From the NCBI GenBank assembly GCA_043228905.1, contig JBHGNT010000209.1:1-52319 (forward strand): a DNA stretch of 52,319 nucleotides. Direction: 5' to 3'. Positions 12,020 through 24,200 of the stretch are shown here, piece after piece. The notes under the pieces were generated by a model. The model worked only from the letters and a program-made list of their open reading frames with translations, did not search any database and was not told the origin of the DNA. Made by a program: the position numbers and the translations under genes. The stretch is from Azolla caroliniana. Taxonomy: Eukaryota; Plantae; Polypodiophyta. Numbering within the stretch: the first letter of the stretch is position 1; each line of letters starts with the position of its first letter.

Positions 12020-12829
12020 CATAGTATGAACCATACGTGCATTCGCATTCGCGAATGGTTCAATTATTCGCGAAAGAAAAACACCCTCAAAGAATGATAA
12101 ATACCATACTTTTGGATTAACTATTTATTATGAGGTAGATAAGCCTAAGAATAAAAAAAAAACAACAAAAAACATTAAAAAAGTGGGAAAAAAATACAAG
12201 AATGTTGGGATAACATTCGCATTCGTTTTCCAACGTAGGAAAACGAATGTTAAACTAGACGAACACGAATTTTACGTACTATGATGTGTATCATAGTTCC
12301 TAATATTCGCGTACGTCCAGTTTACTTGACATACGCGATATTCGTTTGGCTTCTTTTTTTTGGGGGTTTTTTATTTCTGATATTCATCGTTCTTTGCAAA
12401 TAGAAGTGACGTTTGACACACACACACACACCCTCTCTCTCTCTCACAGGAGAACTGACAGATCTTCTCTCTCTACAAAATTTAGATATCTAATATTCAC
12501 ATTCCCTCACACAGACAAACACCATAGCTCCTCTCTCTCTCTCTCTCTTACATGGGTACCACGGGCCACATCCACATCGCAACCCTTTGACCTTCCGCTT
12601 CTTTTCGAGAGACTTGGATGGAAATGAAAATAACAATTGTATAACACCATTTTCATTGTAGTAGAACATGTTTCTATATAAAACATGTTTGTTATTTTTT
12701 AGAACTATTTAGCTTAAACTCTATTTTTCATCGTATTTTTATTTTTACTTCGATGAATGGGTAAATATCCCATTTTTGTTGTAAACCATTTGTCTCATGG
12801 GCCAATTTTGGCCTTAGAAGACGTTAATA

Positions 12830-12862
<33 letters not shown>

Positions 12863-12970
12863 CTCTAGAGTCTACGCATACACTCAAACCACTCTCTCCT
12901 CACACATGCAAAACAGGGCTTCTCTCTCTAGACCACACACGCTCTCTCTTTCTCTCTCTTTTTTGGTAAA

Positions 12971-13005
<35 letters not shown>

Positions 13006-13167
13006 TGTCAACACACACACACACACACACACTATATGTACACCATATGTATATATCTATGTACCGCGTATGGATTTCAATCATACTCGAAGCCTTTTCA
13101 CGTATCAGTATGATACGAATATTGGCGTTTGAGTATGACACGAATGGGACGTATGGCTAGAACTACG
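12020..13167. mobile_element. hAT-type MITE pair (copy B; 12020-12283 and 12292-13167)
   Basis: Duplicate of 2407-3554; left flank is TATTGTAT rather than ATGTGTAT. Confidence 0.7.
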
Positions 13168-13175
13168 ATGTGTAT

Positions 13176-13525
13176 GTGTATGTGTATGTGTGCTCGTGAC
13201 TAACTACTACCAAATATTTAAGAGGGCAAGTGAGGGAATCGCGGAGAGGGACGGTGCACGTCGCACCGTTGATGGCGTGTTCGATCTCCACCGTCCAAGA
13301 TGGATAAAAAGCTGACAACATCTGTCACCAGCGACTCTCTGACATCCTTTGTGAAAAGGAGCCCGACTCTGTCAAAAGGAGCCCTGTTGTCAGATAACCT
13401 CTGTACGCAGGAGCCTGACTCTGTCAGAAGGAGCCCCGCTGACTGACAGCATTAGTAAGAAGGAGCCCGACTTTGTCAAAAGGAGCCCCGTTGTTTGACA
13501 ACCTCTGTCATCAGGAGCCTGACTT
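13176..13525 (+). repeat. Inner TIR of Mutator-like element (copy B)
   Basis: Duplicate of 3563-3912. Confidence 0.8.
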
Positions 13526-13702
13526 AAAAACAAACATCAAAAACTCCAAAAAATGGTAAGTGTACAACAAATATTTGCCATGAAAATGATCATAAAATTT
13601 CTCAAAAAAAACTAGAGATTCAAATAACAAGTCTTACATAAAATATTAAAACGTCAAACGTTGACAACCCTAAAATGAAATATGAATATACACATTACAT
13701 AT

Positions 13703-15053
13703 TACGATTATAGCTCATGTCAGGATGATTGCAAGATGCAACCACAATTTTTACAACATGTAACGTTCGAGTCCCTTGAAGTCAAGGTCAACCCATCGCA
13801 ACGCAAAACACCGAACCTTCTAATGGTCACCTATTGGCAATCGCCTCCTAGCCTGACTTGCACCTCTTTGTAGTTTTCCGGAGTGGGATTTGGAAGTGTT
13901 TGGGGAGCTGCCAATAAGTTCTTGCGAGATGTCTATTGTTGCACTTCTTTTGGCATCGATTTGTTGGTTGCGACTTATTGATCTGCCATCTTCTTCATTG
14001 GTTGATTTTGGTGCACCAACGCGATACACCTTCTCAGCCACATCTTCCAATGTTTGTATACCTTTGACAATAGTTGCACGGTCGAAGGTTCCTAACCCTT
14101 GCTCGAGACATTGAAATGCTTTCACAACCGTTTGTATTTTGGACTTGAATGATTCAATCTCGGATATTGTGGGGTTTGTCTCCTTGAATCATTCTACCTC
14201 TGCCTCCACTTCTATTTCTGTATTATGGTCCATTCGCATTTGGGTCGCGTGATCTATAAAAGGCAATGAGCCACATAAATGTGGCATATGCCTCTCACTA
14301 ATCATTCGGATACCGAGTAAATGCTTACATTTACTCGCAATGTCTTGGCAATCACAATATGAACATTGGAGTGAGACATTATACCATAGAGTGGGAGTTG
14401 TCATGCTCAAGATTCTAAACCAATATCGGGCCTCGTCAACAATTTCCATTGTGGAAGTATCGTCGACATACCTTTCCAATATTCTCTCTGCTTCTTTAAG
14501 TCGGGACCTTTGATCCGTACAATTCGCACGGCGTGCAAACCGACCACTCTCACATATTTCTTGTCGTTGCTTGTACCACTCTATTACCGTTCCTCCTATG
14601 CAAGTGCCAGTTTCATTGTCCCCGATTAAGACATGCAGAAGGTCGGTAATTGATCGGTTTATTCTTCCTCTCAAGGCAATATACTTGATAAACTGCCAAT
14701 GTCTTTCCACAATATTGGTAGTGTCAACGTGTCCATAGTTGAAAATTCTAACAAACTTGGGCTAGAGTTTCCTCCACACACATGTCAAACCACACCATCC
14801 TCCTTCTATATATTGCTAAACATCGGGCTTGTCTACATATTCTACCTTTAACTCCTCACACATCGCATTGAATGCGGATTCAGTAATGCATTGCATCTGT
14901 TGGCACATTCATTGATAAAGATGGCTTCTGTGAGTTGCACTTACTTTTGGCAACAAGTTGTCCACCCATGACTTTTTGGCGTGAAACTAACACCATAGAA
15001 GTCGACAATGTGTTTGTGACCATTGCCCATTTACAACAATCCAAGATTGACGA
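13703..15053 (-). pseudogene. MULE-SWIM transposase C-terminal half (copy B)
   Basis: Same translation as 4090-5440. Confidence 0.8.
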
Positions 15054-15627
15054 TGTCGTGAAGATTTTCGGCTATAGTGTGAAACCAAGGCGGAATAGGG
15101 CAAGACGGTGGTGTGCAATATGTGCACATGTGTAGTAGGGAACAATGTATAGAATAAAGGGGGAGTATTTGTCCCACATTGTAACGCCCTCCCCTCCTTG
15201 GTCCCTTGTTTAAGGGTTGCCCATTTTGAGTTGTAGCGGTGTACCATTTTTGTTGAGGGTCTTTTTCTTAAGAGTTTTCTAGGGTTAGTAACTTCCTGTT
15301 CTTCTCCTTCTTGAGAAGTCGGGCGCAACAGCCATGGCAATAACGCTGTTAGGGCTAACTTCTTTTCTTATGAGCGTACCCGGCTCGAAGCCAAGGTTGT
15401 ATCTTTCCCCTTTATAATATAAACACTTATATCTGTTTGTGCATATTGGTGTATTTGGTGGTGTCGGGAGCATAGCCCCTTTCGTTTCTTGTGCATAAGA
15501 GTCGGCGTCGCGCACATGCCCTTTCTCTCTCTCTCTCTCTCTCTCGTGTTCGGTTGCCTCCGAGTCATGTCCGGAGTCGGTTTTCTTGGCATCCCTTTTG
15601 TCCCTCGTCCGAGACCCCCGTGGTCCC

Positions 15628-15713
15628 TGTTGGAAGCGAGGTCGTCTTTGCGGAAGATCAAGTAGCATTCGTTTCTGTTCTGAATACCTGTGTATGACTG
15701 TTTGTATGTCGTT

Positions 15714-15761
<48 letters not shown>

Positions 15762-18700
15762 AAAAGACTCTTTATTGCATAAACAAAGAATACAACAACC
15801 AACCTCACAAAGAGGTTACAAGGTCACTATATATAGAGACCGACTTAGGGCAACTACCCTTTATGCTAATTACATAAATGGCCAAAACGGGATAGTGTGA
15901 ATACGTCCATTATACACATGTATTCGACACTCCCCCGTAATGGGCGTATACATGGGTTATCTAAGATTACAGGTATAGACTTAGGTTCTCGGACATATCA
16001 GCTTTGTTCGAGTCGGCAGGGTCCGAAGGCAGAAGACCGAACTGGTCGGGTCGGACGTGTTGAAGCCGATCATTAAGGAGCTGATGTCGGTTGTCGGGAA
16101 CCATCCTGCTCTGTGTCCGGCTCTAACCGGACTGGTTTGTCGTTACGCCCATCTGATGCCGAAGAGACCGAAAACGGTCTGCCGAGAGACATTTGGTCAT
16201 TCCATCTGCGACATTATCGGTTGTGGATATTTTCTCTAGACCGATTTTCCCTGAAATGACGCAGTCCCGAACGAAGTGATATCGAACGTCGATATGTTTG
16301 GAGGCGTTGTGGTGAACCGGATTTTTCGACAAGGCAACAGCACCTTGACTGTCGCTGTAGACAACTGGAGCCGAGTCATGTTCGACTTGTCGAAACGTGT
16401 GCGCCAGCCGACCGAGCCACAAAGCTTCTTTTGCCGCGTCGGACGCAGCTACATATTCTGCTTCGGTCGTTGAGGTCGCTGTGCACTCCTGAAGTTTCGA
16501 CTTCCACGAGATTGCTCCATTGCCGAATTTGAAGCAGTATCCGGTTGTTGATTTCCGACTGTCTATACAGCCGGCGAAGTCCGAGTCGGTGTAACCGACT
16601 ACGCCTGAGGTTCGGTTCGGTCCGAAAAGAATGCCATGGTCTTTTGTGCCAGCCAGATATCTGAACACATGCTTGACTGCGTTCCAATGCGATCGGCCAG
16701 GGTTGTGCATAAATCTGCTAACGACTCCTACGGCATGAGAGATATCAGGCCGTGTCGCGACCATCAGGTACATAAGGGAGCCGACTGCCGGTGCATACGG
16801 TACCGACTTCATATCTTCCCCCTCCGGACCGGATGTCGGGCAGTCTCGCTGAGAGAGCCGAAGGTTCATGGGGAGCGGGGTTGAAGCAGATTTGGCTGAT
16901 TGCATGTTGAAGCGTTCCAAGACACGTCCGATATAGTCGGTCTGAGACAAAAAAAGATGTCGTTTATCACGATGCCGACTAATCTTCATGCCGAGTATGT
17001 GTCGTGCCGGACCGAGGTCCTTCATGGCAAACTTCAACCGCAGTTGCCGAACGAGATCGGCAAGTTCGCCCGCGTGGCGTCCAGAAATTAGCATGTCGTC
17101 CACGTAAATGATGAGGAAGATGGGTGATCCATCTTGAGCTGTGTTGGTGAAGAGACAATGGTCCTCATCGCTTTTTGAGAAGCCGATCGATTGGATGAAG
17201 TCGTCGAACTTCTTGTACCATTGTCGCGGTGCCTGTTTGAGGCCGTATAGACTCTTCCTGAGTCGGCAGACTAGATGTTCTTGGCCAGTTGCCACGAAGC
17301 CTTTTGGCTGCTCCATATAAATTTCCTCGTCAAGATCACCATGGAGGAATGCTGTTTTGACATCTAGCTGAATCAGCTCCAAGTTGTCGGCTGCCACTAC
17401 GCCGAGTAGAAAACGAAGGGTTGTCATTTTCACCACTGGTGAAAAAATCTCGTCGAAGTCGACGCCATATTCTTGTCGGAAGCCCTTCGCAACTAGTCTG
17501 GCCTTGTACTTTGGGGTGGTCGAATCAGACGTCTCTTTTAGTCGATAAACCCACTTGCAAGGAAGAGCACGTCGGTTCCTAGGTAATTCGACCAGATCCC
17601 AAGTCTTGTTTGCCCGAATGGAGTGCATTTCCGACTCCATCGCCAGATGCCAGGTGGCGGAATCGACAGATGTCGATGCTTCTTCGTAAGACGTCGGTTC
17701 GCCGGCGTCGGTGAAGAAAATTCCAGGAGAATACCTCTCCGGAGGTTGCGACAGTCTCTCAGATCGTCGAGGCATGATTGGACTGGTCGCATCGGGTATC
17801 GTGGTCGGATGGTCCGAAAGCGGATTGTTCTGCTGTGCCGAGTCGGAGTTGTCCGAGTCGGTAGTGTAAGGTTCAGCTACCCGTGAAGCTGACCGTGTGT
17901 TGAGAGCGGGGCCTTCTTGAAGGGTCGGCACATCGGAAAATGTTACCCTTCGGACTTCGATCGGTTTTTCGACTGATGGAGTCATAGCCGACTCGTTGAA
18001 CACAACGTCCGAACTTCGAACGATTTGTCTGCGTTCGGGGTCCCAGAGTCGGTATCCCATTTCGCCGTCGGATCCATATCCAAGGAAAATGCATTTCCTG
18101 GACCGAGGTGCAAGTTTTCGGCGATCATCTTTCGGAATAAGAGCGTACGCCTCACATCCGAAGATCCTCAGCTTGTCGTAATTCGGCTTACTGCCGATCC
18201 ATAGTTCCTGAGGAATTTGAAGTCCTAGAGGTCTACTTGGCGACATATTGATTATGTGTACTGCCGTGAGTAGAGCCTCTGCCCAGAAGCCATCCGACAG
18301 TCCGGAGTGTTGGAGCATGGAAACTATCCTTTCTTGGATTGTCCGATTCATTCGTTCTGCAATCCCGTTTTGCTCCGGACTGTGTGGTGCCGTAAATTCA
18401 CGTCGGATGCCGCGTTGTCGGCAGAATTTGACGAATTCATCGGATTTGAACTCTCCCCCGTTGTCGGTCCGAAAGCATTTCAGTTTTCGGTCGGTTTGAT
18501 TTTCCACCATAGCGAGCCAATCTGAGAAGATCGAGAAGACCCGATCTTTGGTGCGAATTGGATACGCCCACACCTTTCGAGTCGAGTCGTCAATAAAAGT
18601 GACGAAGTAAGAGGCACCGCCGAGAGACTGATGCGGCATTGGGCCACAGACGTCCGAATGGACTAAATCGAGAGGTCTCGTTTCTCTTGGTGCTGATGTC

Positions 18701-20886
18701 GGGTGTGATGCGGCTGCTTGTTTGCCATACTGGCAATGCTCGCAGAATTGGTGGTCGGAGAAGGAGAGTTTGGGGATGTATCCGGCTCTAGATAGGTGCG
18801 TGATGCCGGCCTTGCTGAGGTGTCCTAATCTTCGGTGCCATAGTGATGACACAGGAATATCCACCAAAAACAGGTTACCCTCTCTGAGCGTAACATGTAA
18901 CGGATACAGGGAGTGTATCTTAGGTCCTCGAGCAAGCAGGAGGTTCCCCCTGTGGAGTGTCCACCCTCCCGAAGAAAAACCGGCACGAATGCCGTCTTCA
19001 TCTAGTTGTCCGACTGAGATCAATGGCCTTGAGAGCTCGGGTACATGTCGGACATTGTGGAGTACAAGTGTAGAGCCACCTGCAAGGTTGAGCTCTACTG
19101 TGCCGATTCCGATGATGTCACAGTGTTGCGAGTTGCCGACCCGAACTGAGTCGGAGTGACGGATCGTATATTGCCGAAATTGGGATCGATGAGGAGTCAC
19201 GTGAAATGACGCGCCCGAATCTAAGAGCCATGTGCTCGATTCTTCAGTCGTGAGCAGAACTTCTGATCCGACTGGATTTTCGATTGATAGTATATTCGGG
19301 TCGTCCGGTAGTACATCAGCTGAGAAGCTGACGTAATTGATCTCCTCATGCCGGCCACTCTTCTTGTTGTTCTTGTTCTTGAGTGCGCGGCAGTCGGCTT
19401 TGATGTGTCCGGGTTTCTTGCAGTAGTTGCAGATTCGGTTATCCCGTGACTGGCTCCGTCTTCGCTGATTGTTCGGCGGCCGTGAGGAATCTCTTCCTCG
19501 TATGTTCGATCGGTCTGTCGAACCTTGTACTACATAGGCGTCGTCTGTTGAGTCTTTGGCGAAAGACTTTCTCCGAGCTGCTTCGGTCAGGATTGCGCTC
19601 GTGACTTCGGAGTATTTAACAGCCGTGGTTGACGCGTTGCACACGGTTGTGACGAAAGTTTCCCATGATGAGGGAAGGCTGCTCATGAGTATCATTGCTC
19701 TGAGTTCATCCTCGATTGCCGTCCCCTGTGACGAGATTTGGGAGCTTATGCTTTCGTACTCATTGAGGTGTGCTTGGACCGAATCGGATTCTTTCATCCG
19801 CAAGTTGTAGAGGCGCCGGATCAGAAACATCTTCGTTGCGGCGACCTTCTTTTCATAAGTGTCCGACAGTGTTTTCCACAGTTCGAATGCTGTCGTACAC
19901 GATTGCACCGTAAAGTATACCGATTCCGATAGGTGCATCCGAATCGTGGCGCGGACGATTCTGTCCAGCTTCTGCCACTCAATTGGTTTGTATCCTTCTG
20001 GAGGTTCTTCATTTTCGATGGGATCGATTTGTCCCTTGACTATGAGATAGTCCTGCATTTGCTCTTTCCAGAAGTTGAAGTTCGATCCATCGAACTTTCG
20101 TAGACTCATTTCTGACGAGCCGGATGTTGATGCCATCAAATTCGGTTTTGGTTGACGAAGCTCGGTTCGGAGTTGACTGTGAACCTTGTTGGAGTGCAGC
20201 CGGTTGGCTCACCCGATATCGTTCTAGTCGGATTTGAACCCGAGTCGGTTCGGCTTCGGAACTTGCTCGAATTGACTCCGGTAGCTTGAGGGACAGAACC
20301 GACTGGTCTTCCCAAATGTTGCCGAGTCGGAGTGAGCCCGGTTCGCTTCGGATATATGTGCCGAATACCGATTATTGAAACCGATTATCTGAACCGATTC
20401 GGCTTCGGGTGGCTGCAGCGACGAGAGAGACAGATCCAACTGATCCTCTCGAATGTCAATTAGCCGGATGAAGCACGAATTGGGGTTGTTGTCTTGAGAC
20501 CGATCTGCACCGAGTGGTTACAACGAGCAGCGTTTGGAGACCTCTTCGGATGCCGTTTAACCGAATGGAGCACGATCGTGTCAATGATGCACAAGGGGAT
20601 TTCACCTCGAGCGGTTACGATCACAAGGAGGGAAGTACAACCTGCTGGCTTACTCCAAGCAAAGATGATCTAACGCGATGAGATGCAAACCTGTTTTTCT
20701 TCTTCTTCTCTCTTCTTCGAATGACGCAGGAAACCGAATGCTGAGACGACGGCCGACAGCGGATTGAAGGACCGACTACTGTGCAGGCTCTGATACCAGA
20801 TGTTGGAAGCGAGGTCGTCTTTGCGGAAGATCAAGTAGCATTCGTTTCTGTTCTGAATACCTGTGTATGACTGTTTGTATGTCGTT

Positions 20887-20934
<48 letters not shown>

Positions 20935-21102
20935 AAAAGACTCTTTATTGCATAAACAAAGAATACAACAACCAACCTCACAAAGAGGTTACAAGGTCAC
21001 TATATATAGAGACCGACTTAGGGCAACTACCCTTTATGCTAATTACATAAATGGCCAAAACGGGATAGTGTGAATACGTCCATTATACACATGTATTCGA
21101 CA
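15628..21102 (-). mobile_element. Intact Ty1/Copia LTR retrotransposon (Copia-1), 5475 bp
   Basis: 302-bp LTRs 15628-15929 and 20801-21102 (TG..CA, no difference seen); TSD GTCCC (15623-15627, 21103-21107); PBS TGGTATCAGAGCC (tRNA-iMet) at 20798-20786; PPT at 15930-15940. Confidence 0.98.
16123..20136 (-). CDS. Copia Gag-Pol polyprotein (gag, zinc knuckle, protease, integrase, RT, RNase H)
   Basis: Uninterrupted ORF: CNYCKKPGHIKADC, WLLDSGASFH, LWHRRLGH, TDNGGEF, YKARLVAKG, DVKTAFLHG, YVDDML, YTDSDFAG, KHIDVRYH. Confidence 0.97.
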   Translation of the reverse strand: MASTSGSSEMSLRKFDGSNFNFWKEQMQDYLIVKGQIDPIENEEPPEGYKPIEWQKLDRIVRATIRMHLSESVYFTVQSCTTAFELWKTLSDTYEKKVAATKMFLIRRLYNLRMKESDSVQAHLNEYESISSQISSQGTAIEDELRAMILMSSLPSSWETFVTTVCNASTTAVKYSEVTSAILTEAARRKSFAKDSTDDAYVVQGSTDRSNIRGRDSSRPPNNQRRRSQSRDNRICNYCKKPGHIKADCRALKNKNNKKSGRHEEINYVSFSADVLPDDPNILSIENPVGSEVLLTTEESSTWLLDSGASFHVTPHRSQFRQYTIRHSDSVRVGNSQHCDIIGIGTVELNLAGGSTLVLHNVRHVPELSRPLISVGQLDEDGIRAGFSSGGWTLHRGNLLLARGPKIHSLYPLHVTLREGNLFLVDIPVSSLWHRRLGHLSKAGITHLSRAGYIPKLSFSDHQFCEHCQYGKQAAASHPTSAPRETRPLDLVHSDVCGPMPHQSLGGASYFVTFIDDSTRKVWAYPIRTKDRVFSIFSDWLAMVENQTDRKLKCFRTDNGGEFKSDEFVKFCRQRGIRREFTAPHSPEQNGIAERMNRTIQERIVSMLQHSGLSDGFWAEALLTAVHIINMSPSRPLGLQIPQELWIGSKPNYDKLRIFGCEAYALIPKDDRRKLAPRSRKCIFLGYGSDGEMGYRLWDPERRQIVRSSDVVFNESAMTPSVEKPIEVRRVTFSDVPTLQEGPALNTRSASRVAEPYTTDSDNSDSAQQNNPLSDHPTTIPDATSPIMPRRSERLSQPPERYSPGIFFTDAGEPTSYEEASTSVDSATWHLAMESEMHSIRANKTWDLVELPRNRRALPCKWVYRLKETSDSTTPKYKARLVAKGFRQEYGVDFDEIFSPVVKMTTLRFLLGVVAADNLELIQLDVKTAFLHGDLDEEIYMEQPKGFVATGQEHLVCRLRKSLYGLKQAPRQWYKKFDDFIQSIGFSKSDEDHCLFTNTAQDGSPIFLIIYVDDMLISGRHAGELADLVRQLRLKFAMKDLGPARHILGMKISRHRDKRHLFLSQTDYIGRVLERFNMQSAKSASTPLPMNLRLSQRDCPTSGPEGEDMKSVPYAPAVGSLMYLMVATRPDISHAVGVVSRFMHNPGRSHWNAVKHVFRYLAGTKDHGILFGPNRTSGVVGYTDSDFAGCIDSRKSTTGYCFKFGNGAISWKSKLQECTATSTTEAEYVAASDAAKEALWLGRLAHTFRQVEHDSAPVVYSDSQGAVALSKNPVHHNASKHIDVRYHFVRDCVISGKIGLEKISTTDNVADGMTKCLSADRFRSLRHQMGVTTNQSG

Positions 21103-21178
21103 GTCCCGCCCCTCTACATGCACGTGCGCAATAACGCGACATCTTTGGTGTACCCAACGTGAAGGGCGACAAGGGAGA

Positions 21179-21899
21179 ATGGAGTTGGAAGAAGACGACT
21201 TCGCACAACTTTTTGTCGATGCGGTGAGGGAGTTTGGAAGAGCAACAACAAGAAGAGAGACGACGCATCAAGCTATTGAGAGAGTGGTCGATAGAGTCGG
21301 TCGTTTCAACGGGGACAAAGTCCCATTCTACTTGGAAGCCTACAATGCAGAAATGGAGGAGCGAGATGTAGACGAGGCGTTGAGGCTGGAATTCTTCTAT
21401 CGGGTCATCACCGTCCATATGCACGTAGAAGATGAAGGAGCTCCGAGAAGCTCATAGTTCGTGGGAGGCCTTCGAAGAGGCGTTCCTGCAGGCATATGGA
21501 GGACGGCAGAAGAGCCGGGGACGTTGTGACTTCGACCAATTGGTGGCGTCGGCGAAGACCCACTGGAGCACAATGAAGGCGTTCCGAGAGTTCAAGCAAC
21601 GGCTTGCTCGGCTCCTAGAGTGGGAGCAAGGTTTGGTGGGGGCGGACAAAGCCCTGTTGTTCGTTAGATCAATCGACCTAGTGGAACGGGAGGCCATCGG
21701 GATTGAGCTCGAAGACGATGACGGAGCGAATAGCCTTACAGAGGACTGGTCGAAAGTCGAAAAGGTATGCCAATGGCTAGATGACGAACGGGCCAAGAAG
21801 GCTAGGAGGAAGGCGCACGACAGCGCGCCATCACAATGGGAAAAGGTTGAACGACAAAGAGAGTCGGCAAGGCTCGGCTTCGGGGCCAGGATTGCGTAG
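21179..21899 (+). pseudogene. Gypsy-type gag, frameshifted (copy B)
   Basis: Duplicate of 6090-6810. Confidence 0.8.
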
Positions 21900-22144
21900 G
21901 CGTACGCAGCTCTCGAGGCAATGCTCGAGAAAGAGGAAAGATCGAGGCCGTAAATTGACGCTGAGCAGACGGACCTGGCCAACGAGAAGGTAGAAGATTG
22001 GTACGACGGTACCACGAGAGAGGGTGCGAAACAAAACGCCCTCTCAACTTGCGGAGATAGAATAGCCAAGGACAAGGCCGAGATACCATTCGCAAAATCG
22101 GAACATTGGGACTGGCGGTTTCGGGCACGTCAGCCCGGAACTCC

Positions 22145-22873
22145 AGACATTGGATTGGGACAAGTTAAGGTAACATTGGAAGCATTACGTGATGTCGCGA
22201 GGGGAGCACCTCTTTCACTTCATGCATGAAGGCGCATGAAGAGTCGTCTCATACTCGGGAATGAGAATGCAATTTACCTTAAAGCATCACCTAATCTTCA
22301 AGTATTATACGTTGAGAAATGGAGGGAAGTAGTATTAGCGTCACATCACACGTTTTCAAAGACTCTTACAGAGTTAAAGCTAGTTTATGCGACTGATGTA
22401 CGTGACTATGGCATCCCGCCGGAGTACGTAAAAGCACTCATTACAAGTTGTGGTTGCTAATGGTATCGAAGGTCGACCCGATAGAACGTTTGGGATCAAG
22501 CATGACCAAATATAACAAGAACCTACCCATAGAAGTGATCAAGGTAGAAACCCACCAGTTAGATCAATGGATGTTGGAAATGTTGGAGTGGTTGACCCTA
22601 AACAACTCTTGGGCAATCGACTTGACATTTAAAACAAACCAATTCGGGCTACCATTATATGCATCAGTTGCCCCCAATGCCATGGGAATTGGGATCCCAT
22701 TATGGTACATGCTTTGTAGTTTTGATAAGGGGTCAAACCATGAGCAAGTCGCATTAGAAACTTGTTTGAGAGTCATATTCGCAAGGATGCCCACGGTGAG
22801 GCCAAATGCAATAGTGATTGATAAATGTTGGACATCATATAATGCCATAACTAATGTGGTTGCAACTGACCGT
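22145..22873 (+). pseudogene. MULE transposase N-terminal/catalytic half (copy B)
   Basis: Duplicate of 7056-7784. Confidence 0.8.
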
Positions 22874-24200
22874 TGTCGCGTTATTGCGCATGTGCGTGTA
22901 GAGGGGCAGGACCACGGGGGTCTCGGACGAGGGAGAAAAGGAATGCCACAAAAACCGACTCTGAACACGACCCAGAGGCAACCGAACACGAGAGAGAGAG
23001 AGAGAGAGAGAAAGGGCATGCGCGCGACGCTGACTCTTATGCATAGGAAACGAAAGGGGCTATGCTCCCAACACCACCCAATACACGAATATGCACAAAC
23101 AGATATAAGTGTATATATTACAAAGGGGAAAGATACAACCCCGGCTTCGAGCCGGGTATGCTCAGAAGAAAAGAAGGAGAAGAAGAAGAAGAAGAGGAAG
23201 TTACTAACCCTAGAAAACTCTTAACAAAAAGACCCTCGATAGAAATGGTATACCCCTACGACTCAAAATGGGCAACCCTTCAACAAGGGATCCCTCCCTC
23301 CTTTTATAGACCAAGGAGGGGAGGGCATTACAATGTGGGACAAATACTCCCCCTTTATTCTATACACCGTTCCCTAGTATACATGTGCACATGTTGCAGA
23401 CCACTGTCTTGCCCTATTCCACCCAGTTTCACACTATAGCCGGAAATCTTCACGACATCCACCCCCACCAAATCGCACATCCACCTGTATGTGCCAAGAA
23501 GGAAAGGGTGAGAGATTTCGGCAATGGTGATTAACCGGGTCCTCCGCCTTACTGACTCCCGACCGTCTCGTCGGCTCCTTACCGGCCCCGATTCGTCTTT
23601 CCGAACGTCGCCGCCGATTCGGTAACCCCTCCTTTGTCTGTCGCGTATGTTCTCCGATTAGACCCCCAGTTACTTCGATTGCTCGTCGGATGCCACTCCT
23701 CGCGTACCGTGTGTGTTCCATATCCGTCTCGACCTTCTCCTCCCCCTGAATACCTCGTGCCGACTCCTTCCATCCCGCGCTCGCCTTCCGTAGGCCCTTT
23801 CCGTGTGTCGTTGTCGTCCCCCGAATGCGTGCTCGTTTTTCGGTCCTTGGGTGATCCCCAATACGTGCTCCTTGTTCCTTCTATGGTCGTCGTGCCGTGT
23901 GGCGCCTTTCGCCTTCCCTGTTTGGCACCGCTTGTGCCGAACACCGTCCTGTACTCGTGCTTTTGCTTTGGCCCTTGATAGCCACTCGCACGCCTCTTGT
24001 TCCGCTCTAAGCTTACCCCTCACCGGCTTCCTCCCGAAACCGTAACAGGCCGGTAAGGGTTCGGCCCTCGTCAACTCCGAACTTGCCGGCCCCCGGCCCG
24101 CTCTTCCTGCATTGCCGGTTCCCGTTTCATGCTGCCACCATCCTTCTCACTCGATCTAACATTGCCATGTCAGCTTGAACTGCCGGTGTCTCCGGATTAG
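22874..24200 (-). mobile_element. 3' LTR (22874-23457), PPT and 3' internal region of the gag-only Gypsy, inverted
   Basis: Reverse complement of the 5441-6052 LTR (visibly diverged); PPT tggtgggggtgga on minus at 23458-23470; right boundary approximate. Confidence 0.8.

Larger units (their letters stand above)
15054..21141 (+). mobile_element. 5' LTR of gag-only Gypsy (copy B), interrupted by Copia-1
   Basis: Matches 5441-6052 on both sides of 15628-21102. Confidence 0.85.
12015..22987 (+). repeat. Second copy of 5.5-kb direct duplication of 2402-7898, carrying an extra Copia insertion
   Basis: Constant offset 9613 before the Copia and 15089 after it; identical ORF translations. Only differences noticed: one T/C SNP (3678/13291) and microsatellite length changes. 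Confidence 0.97.

Noticed and set aside
23434-24074. Overlapping ORFs in the Gypsy 3' internal region as an env-like gene
   Set aside because: GC-rich low-complexity frames on both strands, with no transmembrane or domain signature.
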